A stretch of 64,000 nt of DNA from Octopus sinensis (lineage: Eukaryota). Below are positions 38,116 through 47,918 of the stretch, in pieces. A program made the translations under genes and the position numbers. Under the pieces are notes generated by a model. That model saw only the letters and a list, made by a program, of their open reading frames with translations. It was not told the origin of the DNA and searched no databases. Within the stretch, counting starts at the first letter, position 1. Every line of letters starts with the position of its first letter. The stretch spans positions 63,736,001 to 63,800,000 of the forward strand of contig NC_043008.1 in assembly GCF_006345805.1 (NCBI RefSeq), given 5' to 3'.

Positions 38116-39505
38116 TTTGTCGTTAGGACACACATACATATCTAGGCTTCATCGACTTAGACTGGGTTAATTGGATGAGTGTATGTTATAAGACCCAAAA
38201 CAACCAGTGACTCCAGGATGCATTAGTGACATTATGTACAAGCAATGAATATGTAGGTGTATTTTGAACTCGGAACATTATGTGAAAGAAATTAAAAACT
38301 GAAGAATAACAGCAAAATAATTTAATAAAGTAGTGTACCGAACATATATTCACAGTCCAATTTTCTTTACCAACCTTCTTAAATCTTCTTGCACCAGACC
38401 AAAAGATACAGAACTAAATTAAATCAAGAACACGAAATATCTGATATTCAATAAACAGCAAAAAAATTGTCAGACATCATAAGCAAATAATGAGAACTTT
38501 TTTTTGGCTTACATAGAATTATATTTCTTTATTAGAAACAGAAATTATTGTCATTGACAAATAAAAAAACATCCATTTGTATTTTGAACAACTTTGACAA
38601 AATTACTTGAGTTATTAAAATAATCAAGAAAAAAGACTTAAGCAGAAATTTAATACAAGAAATGCAAAACAAAATATGTTTATAGCATTGTTATGTTTCT
38701 GACAATAATCTGGAGACAGGATCAATATAACTTTTCTTGAACCATATTTCTGGCTGTAACATCTGTTAATCTCTTACAAGAAACTTTCCATTGCTTCAAC
38801 TATTTTTTCTGTATACAGAAATAGCACTGTAGCTGAAGTTGTCAAGATCAGCATTGTATTTATATTATTTTTAAACTCAAAGAATATAAAAGAACTGTAT
38901 AGCAATGCGAGTGAAAGGAGGCAAGCAATTTAACCACCAGAGGCCAAAATAAAATAACGAAATAAATTCTCTGTATTTCTGTAAGTAAACTAAATATTAA
39001 AAAAAAACGCCCAGAATTATCCATCAAGATAGCTGGAATTGATGGATGGCAGTGAAATGAGAATTGACCATAAAACAGTGACAGGGGAAATAAATAAAAA
39101 GGTAAATTTAATGTTGTCTGGTGCATTAGTACATCAATTTCTGACATTATGTGCAAGCAAAACTAAACTAAAATATAAAACAGGAGACCAACATCAATCT
39201 TCACTTTCATCTGTAAGAACATTTTCCTTGATCCACATCTGAAATTAAGTCTAATTTCTTCTACTTAAAGTTAAGTTGGTATCTCTCATATTGAACAGTC
39301 TTTTTTCAAAACAAGGCAAACTTAACCTGTCAAGTCTGCTATTTACTTTAGCCTAAGTTAAGTTAAACATTTCCTGGCAGCTGTCTAAAAAAAAAAAGAA
39401 AATTTTTAAATTACAAAAAAAAAAAGAAAAGGAAGAACCAATAGCACTGAGCATGTTGTGAAACATATTGGTTGTGCTTTGTGTGTCTATGCATAAATAA
39501 ACAAC

Positions 39506-39538
<33 letters not shown>

Positions 39539-39729
39539 GTATGTATAAGTAATAATTTTAAATTTGGGTAAATTTGGGTATATATGAACTACCAAAATAT
39601 ATACCTTGTGTATGTGTGTTCAATATTGTCTATATCTCACGGGTAGCTTCTAATACATATTTGAATTCTTTCCATGGTATTAAACATTGGGACATACCAG
39701 TAGATGGTTCTTACATCATTTTGTATATA

Positions 39730-40075
39730 GTCATAGACAGCAATTTAGCTAACAGCTACACTAGTTGTTTACTGAATGGCATGAGGAACATTCTAGTGAA
39801 GTTGAACATCTTATCTGGCCAGCACAGTCCCCAGATCTTGATATTATTGAGCATTTGTGGTGCAATTTAGAAATACAAGTAAGGAGTGGACATCTTCCTC
39901 CAACATCACTACAAGAACTGGAGACTGTTTTAGCTGAAGAATGGACAATTTCCTTTGGAAACAATTCAGACTTTGTACGAGTCCATACCTCATAGAATTC
40001 AAGCTGTAATTATTGCCAAAGGTAGTCCTACCCCATATTAAAAAAATTTGTTTGAAATTTTAAGGTATTTCCACT
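39730..40075 (+). pseudogene. Tc1-like transposase 3' remnant
   Basis: EVEHLIWPAQSPDLDIIEHLWCNLE...PTSLQELETVLAEEW; shifted frame LYESIPHRIQAVIIAKGSPTPY*. Confidence 0.85.
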
Positions 40076-40410
40076 AGGACAATTACTCCCTTAGGACAAT
40101 TACCCCACTAGGACAATTACCCAACTAGGACAAATATCCCACTAGGACAATTACACCACTAGGACAATTACCCCACTAGGACAATTACACCACTAGGACA
40201 ATTACTCTCCTAGGGCAATTACCCCACTAGGACAATTACCATACTAGGACAATTACCATACTAGGACAATTACCCCACTAGGACAATTACCCCTGACGAC
40301 AATAGATGATGATTTAAAACTTCTTAATATATCAGAGAGGGGGTAATTCCTAGGGATTAGTTGTTGTTGGGGGGGATGGTCCTTGGTGGGGTAAATGTTC
40401 TAGAGTCATA
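40072..40410. repeat. About 12 tandem copies of an 18-bp unit (CTAGGACAATTACCCCA[C]) with degenerate inverted copies downstream
   Basis: Direct reading of 40072-40295; inverted motifs GGGGGTAATTCCTAGG, GGGGGGATGGTCCTTGG and TGGGGTAAATGTTCTAG at 40338-40402. Confidence 0.9.
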
Positions 40411-40457
40411 TAGTATGCAGTTTTATGGTTCATTTTGAGTTCTAGATCCAACAGACA

Positions 40458-40684
40458 TATGCAAGGGGTTGCTGAAAAGTTCCTGGCTTTAAGGGTATCA
40501 TGAAAAGCTTGGTTGGAGGCCCAACTTTCTGACTTCTTTCACAGGGCCTAAAAAAGCTGAAGGATTGCTGCAATAGATGTGTGAATATGAGAGGGGAATA
40601 TGTTGAATATAATCATAATTAACTGTTGATCCTCCTGTATTTTCTTTTAACCCAAAAGCCAGGAACTTTCCGTATCCCTTCATA
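40458..40684 (+). mobile_element. Mariner-derived MITE (sister of 12311-12502)
   Basis: TIRs gggttgctgaaaagttcctggctt / aagccaggaactttccgtatccct, TA ends. Confidence 0.8.
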
Positions 40685-40859
40685 CGTATAAGTTATTCAA
40701 CTATAACCATCCAGGCACTTCTTTTAAGATATGCATTTGTGCATGCATGTAAGAGCTGTTTCCAAGACTTTTATATAAGTGTTGTTACGTTTTGCAAGTT
40801 ACTGCCAACACTTGTTGGGTGTCACAGAGGATTCTCCATCACAAGAATTTATTAAGATG

Positions 40860-41245
40860 AGTGGGAATCATGGTTCAATGGCCCAGCCAGTGACTGGTCA
40901 AAATTTTCGGGGCTCCAAAAGGGGTCTCAAGGAGTAGCATCCCTGCCTTCTTGAACTAGTTTTCCACCATATTTCTTAAAACTCGTGGTAGAGGCCTTGG
41001 TCTTAGGACCACTCATGTCTAGAAACTTAGGTTGGAGGTAAACAAAGGCATGCTCCTCATAGAAAATCCGGCTCCAAAAACGCTTCTTGATAGCAAGGGA
41101 GAATGGGCACTAGCCAGCCCAGGGTGGGGAGGGCTGCACCTGCTATGGCATTGAGGCAGATCCTGCCACCCTCATTAACGGGGACAAAACTTGGATTTAA
41201 AAAACACTGGATGATGATGATGATGATGACGACGATGATGATGAT
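40860..41245 (+). mobile_element. Unclassified retroposon 3' part with (GAT)n tail
   Basis: GGTTGGAGGTAAACAAAGGCATGCTCC resembles family A GGTTGGCGTTAGGAAGGGCATCC; ends AAACACTG(GAT)n. Confidence 0.5.
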
Positions 41246-41479
41246 TCCAAGCACACAATCATTCTCAATGTTGATGTAGACCATTGTTTATTTTAGGGTT
41301 TCTTTCTTAGTCCTCTGCTCAAATAAAAGGCTTTACCAAAGTAGAGGCATTTAATATGACCTTCTGTATCATCATACTCTGGAGAGATATGTGTAATAAA
41401 GACCACAGGTATCTGCTCAAATATTTGGTTTATTCAAAATAGATGCAGTGGTAGGGATTTTAATTAAAATATTCATGGG

Positions 41480-41690
41480 TAGAAGTGTGGCTGTGTGGTA
41501 AGAAGTTTGCTTCCCAGCCATATGGTTTTGGGTTCCGCCCCAATCCATGGCAGTTTGAGCAAATGTCTTCTACTATTGCACCAGGCTAACCAATTATTTG
41601 TGAATGAATTTCGTTGAAAAACATTCGTGTGTGTGTGTGAGAGAGAGAGTGTGTGTGTGTTTGTGTCTCCGTGTTTTGACATCATGTGAC
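41480..41690 (+). mobile_element. Degenerate family C head
   Basis: gtggctgtgtggtaagaagtttgcttcccagccatatggtttt...gcaaatgtcttctactat. Confidence 0.7.
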
Positions 41691-42284
41691 AGTTATAAAA
41701 TGGTTGTCACTGTCAAACAAGCAATGTCCTTCATTTCCAATATTTTATGAAAATATGTTTGGCCACTGGGAAATATTACCTTGCTTTGGAAAAAAAGGTG
41801 AGGATTGGCGAAAGGAAGGGCATCTGACCATAGAAAAGTTGCCTTAATTAAACTCTGTCTAACCACTACCAAGATGGAAAAACAGATGATAAAATGATGA
41901 CTATGGTGATGAGAATTGTCGTTGCCACTGCTGCCATGACAACCACGGCCGCTGCAGCTGCCATCATCATCACCATCATTATAATGATCAATCATCATCG
42001 TTGTTGTTGTTGTTGTTGTTGTCACCTTCATGAAAGGAAAGGATGTTAAAATATCTTGGAAGACAAATATTTTACTCAAATTTCCTTAAGAAATTCAAAT
42101 TTTTCCAAAGAATTTAATTTGATAAAACAAACCAAAACATTTGAAATATTAAATTACTGTAAATTCACTGTTGTAATTTCTTTTGGCCATGTTTAGTTAC
42201 ATTTTTTTATGTAGGGTTAGCAATAGTGTTATTCAATATTTATATATGAACAGCAGTTACATTGTAATTACATTAAGAAACACG

Positions 42285-43635
42285 TATGTATTAGTTTTGC
42301 CGAAAAGTCCATTTCATTTACAAACAAAAATAAAAGACAAATTTTAAACACAAAGTGATTTATTCAATCAATGATATAATTCCCATTTAGTTTCACTATC
42401 TTCAACCATCTTGTGAGTAGATCCATTCTGCCTTGCTCGAAGAATTTGTTTCTACAGGTGAAAAAATCTCTTCCAGGTGAATTTTTACATCCTTTTCTGA
42501 GTTGAAGGTCTGTCCATTTAATGAATTTTGAAGAGGCTGAAACAGGTAGAAATCTGAAGGTTCTAGAAAGGGCGAATATAGGTAGGGTGCAGCAAAACTT
42601 TCCAGTCAAACCCCAGAAACTTCTGCATCTGCAAAGAAGAATGTGGCTTGGCATGGTTGTGATGAAAGCCAATGATTTTACGATTAGCAAGTACTGGGTT
42701 CTTCTAGAAGATCACTGCATTTAATTTGTCTTGCTGGTTACAGTAGACAATCAAATTGATGGTTCTATCTGTGGAAAGCAGCCCATAAAATACAATGTCC
42801 TAACAATCCCACCAAACAGAAACCAAAAATTTCTTAAGGTGAAGTCCTGCTTTGGAGGTTGTTTGTAATGGTTCACTGCACTTCCTTCATTATTGTTTGC
42901 ACGTCGCATCGTTACAAACAGTTCATTTATCATCCCCTATCACCATTTTCTTTAAAAAAAGTATTGTCTTTTTCATAATTGTACAACAAATCACAGATGG
43001 ATGAGTGTTGGATGAGGTTAACTTCATTCAATTGATAGTGGACCTAAACATCAATCTTGCTGGTATGACCAATATGATGCAGATGACTCACAATGCTCAA
43101 TTTGGATATATTGGAAGAACATCTAACATCAACCTGATAAGAATAACAGGGTTGACAACTTCTTCATTTTGTTGCTGTTAATCTCAGTTGGTTGGAGAAC
43201 ATCTAACATCAACCTGATAAGAAAAACGAGTTGATGTTGATTAACTTCTCAATTTTGTTGCTTTTAATCTCAATTGGTTGGAGAGAATGAGGACAGAAAA
43301 ATTTCCTGACTGAAACATTCAAAACCACTCCAGGTATACATTCTAGAACAGAATCTTCTTCATACACAGAACTTATTTTCCCTATAAGTTTCCACTGCTT
43401 TCTCACAAGCTTTCAAATAAAAAAGCATGTGGTTTCAATAGTGTTCGTTTTGGTTCTTCATTTCCAAGCACACAAATTGCATGTCCTGTCACAAGTTCAT
43501 GCCAAACTTTATTGAAATATTATATATCTCATGAGTGCACATGTGCAAGGAACAAACTGAAGTTAGCTACTTCATAAAGCGTTTGATGTTTAGTATTGAC
43601 AAAAACCAAATGGACTTTTGAACAATTCACTATAA
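42285..43635 (-). mobile_element. Heavily decayed mariner element (~1.35 kb)
   Basis: Manual translation SLNGQTFNSEKDVKIHLEE.../NKFFEQGRMDLLTRWLKIVKLNGNYIID*, KKFLVSVWWDC, GFHHNHAKPH; TIR remnants AAAGTCCATTT (~42304) and AAATGGACTTTT (~43607). Confidence 0.75.
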
Positions 43636-44069
43636 CATACAAAATCGCAGAGATGGTTGTATAGTTAACCACGTGGTTTCGACCTTGTGACTCCATTGCA
43701 TGGCACCTTGGGTAAGTGTCTTCTACTATATACCTAAGCCAACTAATGCCTTGTGAAGAAATTTAGTAGATGAATATTGCAAATGAATGTTGATATTTTA
43801 CATTTGTCATCATTTAAGAGAGGTGATGGTGGTGTTAACATTACTTGATAGCATTTTAAATATTCACTCTGCATATTCAAAGACCTGTAGAATAAAACAA
43901 TACTCCCTTACTTGAAAACAGATAAGAGGTAGGGACAGGAATAAAATATTACTATAAAATCCTTATTGAAATAAAATCCCATTAAAAAATCCATGCTTGC
44001 ATGACATGGAAATGAGACATTGAATGACAAAGCAATATGTATAGATATAACATGTATGAATATATTACG

Positions 44070-44181
44070 AACAGAGATTCAGATATAACATATAACATAA
44101 AAATATATTACACATACAAATATGTACATATGTGTATATGTATATATATATATATATACATATATACATATATATATATAT

Positions 44182-44240
<59 letters not shown>

Positions 44241-44430
44241 TTTATTTAAAAGCAGCAGAAAATTCAACAAAACCTATAACTACATGCATAAAAATATATC
44301 ACACATACAAATATGTATATATGTGTATATGTATATATATATATATATACATATATAAATATATATATATATATATTATATATATATATATAATATATAT
44401 ATATATATTATATATATATATATATATATA
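44070..44430. repeat. (AT)n microsatellite
   Basis: Direct reading. Confidence 0.95.
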
Positions 44431-45191
44431 GGCCTTGGTGCCCAAATCCTGAACTGAAAGACTTCGCCAGGTGGTGCTATTAAGTTAGACATGGCCTGGG
44501 CCAATACTGGCCAAAAACCTTTCTAAGTTATGTATATATATATGTATATATATATATATATATATAATGGAACAAAAACACAATAGAGAGCAATAAAACA
44601 TTCCGACAGATAGACGATACAAAAGGGGACAGAAAGATAGGAAAAAAAAAAAAACAGGTCGTTCATGGCCTTCTTTCCTCAGTCAAATATACTAGAAGTC
44701 CTTACTGTTTCGGGCAGTTACACTTGAGACAGTTCGATCTGGTTGCCCCCAAAAAGTCTAATCTAAGAGCATAGGACTTTTTTGCAAGAAAGCTAGCGAA
44801 TGTGTATGGCAACAAAGACAAAAAATGGAGAACATGGTACATAATTACAAATACAAACAACAAGAATATAACAACAGGTGTCTTTTGACTGAGGATGAAT
44901 CAAATTCAGCTGGCATGTATAAAGTGAAAGCCTAAATGCAGGAACATACAAGATGGACATAAGAGGTATTGGTGGTCGGCAGTCAGGCCAAGAAAGAAAG
45001 AACATGGCTGGCCGGACACCAGTCATGTGGAAGAAGGAGAGAGGGGTAGGGAGCAAAGAGAATGAAGAATTAGGGAAAGAACTAGAGAGTGAGAGAGAGA
45101 GAAAAAAGTGAGGGACAGAGGGAAAGGTACAAGGGAGATAAGAGGAAAAGGAGGGGTTAAAGAAAGAGAATGCCAAGAAATATGTATATAC

Positions 45192-45287
<96 letters not shown>

Positions 45288-45292
45288 CAGAA

Positions 45293-45672
45293 TGTATCCT
45301 TGCCCCGTAAAATTCTGTTGACTGTACTTTGAGCCACTTCTTCACTACAATTTCACTTCCTTGTCACTGGATTAATGTTTGCCTCTCAAACCCTCTTTCA
45401 TGGAGCTGAAGAAATGATAGTCCAGTGATGTGGAAGTGAAAACTGTAGTGAAGAACTGGCTCAAAGAACAGTCAACAGAATTTGATGGGGCAGGGATACA
45501 TGCTCTCATTTGAAGGTGGGTCATTGCTATTGAGAGAAACAGGGACAATGTTGAGAAGTAGGGATGTGATCCACAGAGGACCAGCTTCATTTCGATGTAT
45601 GATACATGTTCCTGTGTTGGTAATTATACCTGTCCTAAGCAAAATGGCATTACTTTCTGACTCACCCTCGTA
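45293..45672. mobile_element. Mariner 3'-end fragments in back-to-back inverted arrangement, right TIR at ~45645-45672
   Basis: Plus strand VKTVVKNWLKEQSTEFDGAGIHALI...IAIERN; minus strand DYHFFSSMKEGLRGKH.../KKWLKVQSTEFYGARI; terminus ATTACTTTCTGACTCACCCTCGTA. Confidence 0.8.
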
Positions 45673-46257
45673 CATACGTACATAAACAGGCTTTTACCCA
45701 GTTTCCATCCATTAAGTTCCATTTACAGTGTAATTAGTTTAGCCAAGGTTTATAGGATACAAAGATCTTGCTCAAGCTACTGTTTGGTGATACTGAACCT
45801 GAAACCTCTAGTTGATATAACATACATAGATGTATAGAGATAGATATTCATATGATGATATAGCACACAAACATAACGACATACACATGTAATTATACTA
45901 TATAAAAATATATATTAGATGTATAAATGTAACTTATATACATATATATATATATATATGTATATATATATGACTATATATATATATATATATAGCAATT
46001 AAGGACAACTACTTAATAAGGAAAACTTAACAAGAAATTGTCAGGTAGATAGCGTAAAAACCTCATAAGAGAAAAAATTTCGAAAATAATTATTTCTTAT
46101 TGAACATATTAATTTATATATAGAGGGCATTATACATACATGCCAGGAGGCATTCTACATACACGCCATACGCTAAGAGGGACAATCAGTCATTTCTACC
46201 AGAAATATTACTAATCCCACCGAATGCAATTTTTCAAAGAAAGACATATAAAAATAT

Positions 46258-46305
46258 AGACCTGTATCACATTGATTTCATACTTACGTAATCATCAGCA
46301 GGCCT
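46258..46305 (-). ncRNA. Type I hammerhead ribozyme (left block; also 46739-46786, 47220-47267, truncated 47693-47731)
   Basis: Reverse complement = AGGCCTG CTGATGA TTACGTAAGTAT GAAA TCAATGTGA TA CAGGTCT. Confidence 0.88.
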
Positions 46306-47870
46306 GAATATACTATAAATAAACAACGACCCCGCTTCGCTTAAGCGATCAGCTACTGATCAACATCAACGAAGCACATGGGTGGGTTTATTTATACTAT
46401 ACTATATCCGGATGAATGGCAAACTTTTACGAATTGCATTTCGGGAGAGGAAAAGTTTTTTCGGAATAAAAATTTAGCAATTAAGGACAACTACTTAATA
46501 GGAAAACTAACAAGAAATTGTCAGGTAGATAGCGTAAAAACCTCATAAGAGAAAAAATTTCGAAAATAATATTTCTTATTGAACATATTAATTTATATAT
46601 AGAGGGCATTATACATACATGCCAGGAGGCATTCTACATACACGCCATACGCTAAGAGGGACAATCAGTCATTTCTACCAGAAATATTACTAATCCCACC
46701 GAATGCAATTTTTCAAAGAAAGACATATAAAAATATATAGACCTGTATCACATTGATTTCATACTTACGTAATCATCAGCAGGCCTGAATATACTATAAA
46801 TAAACAACGACCCCGCTTCGCTTAAGCCGATCAGCTAACTGATCAACATCAACGAAGCACATGGGTGGGTTTATATATACTATATCCGGATGAATGGCAA
46901 ACTTTTACGAATTGCATTTCGGGAGAGGAAAAGTTTTTTCGGAATAAAAATTTAGCAATTAAGGACAACTACTTAATAAGGAAAACTTAACAAGAAATTG
47001 TCAGGTAGATAGCGTAAAAACCTCATAAGAGAAAAAATTTCGAAAATAATTATTTCTTATTGAACATATTAATTTATATATAGAGGGCATTATACATACA
47101 TGCCAGGAGGCATTCTACATACACGCCATACGCTAAGAGGGACAATCAGTCATTTCTACCAGAAATATTACTAATCCCACCGAATGCAATTTTTCAAAGA
47201 AAGACATATAAAAATATATAGACCTGTATCACATTGATTTCATACTTACGTAATCATCAGCAGGCCTGAATATACTATAAATAAACAACGACCCCGCTTC
47301 GCTTAAGCCGATCAGCTAACTGATCAACATCAACGAAGCACATGGATGGGTTTATATACTATATCCGGATGAATGGCAAACTTTTACGAATTGCATTTCG
47401 GGAGAGGAAAAGTTTTTTCGGAATAAAAATTTAGCAATTAAGGACAACTACTTAATAAGGAAAACTTAACAAGAAATTGTCAGGTAGATAGCGTAAAAAC
47501 CTCATAGAGAAAAAATTTCGAAAATAATTATTCTTATTGAACATATTAATATATATAGAGGGCATATACATACATGCCAGGAGGCATTCTACATACACGC
47601 CATACGCTAAGAGGGACAATCAGTCATTTCTACCAGAAAATTACTAATCCCACCGAATGCAATTTTTCAAAGAAAGACATATAAAAATATATAGACCTGT
47701 ATCACATTGATTTCATACTTACGTAATCATCCTCTCCCGAAATGCAATTCGTAAAAGTTTGCCATTCATCCGGATATAGTATATATAAACCCACCATGTG
47801 CTTCGTTGATGTTGATCAGTTAGCTGATCGGCTAAGCGAAGCGGGGTCGTTGTTTATTTATAGTATATTC

Positions 47871-47918
47871 AGGCCTGCTGATGATTACGTAAGTATGAAA
47901 TCAATGTGATACAGGTCT
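47871..47918 (+). ncRNA. Type I hammerhead ribozyme (first of 16 in the right block)
   Basis: Stem I AGGCCUG/CAGGUCU; core CUGAUGA 47878-47884; stem II UAC-GUAA-GUA closed by U.U; GAAA 47897-47900; stem III AUCA/UGAU; AUA triplet with predicted cleavage after 47911. Confidence 0.88.

Noticed and set aside
38780-39250. Small minus-strand exon candidates with AG/GT signals
   Set aside because: Very short or stop-containing; indistinguishable from chance in AT-rich DNA without RNA evidence.
40072-40295. CRISPR-like appearance of 18-bp repeats
   Set aside because: Repeats are contiguous with no unique spacers, the context is eukaryotic, and there are no cas genes.
43118-43225. 26-bp direct repeat AACATCTAACATCAACCTGATAAGAA
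   Set aside because: Local duplication inside a decayed mariner; no independent significance.
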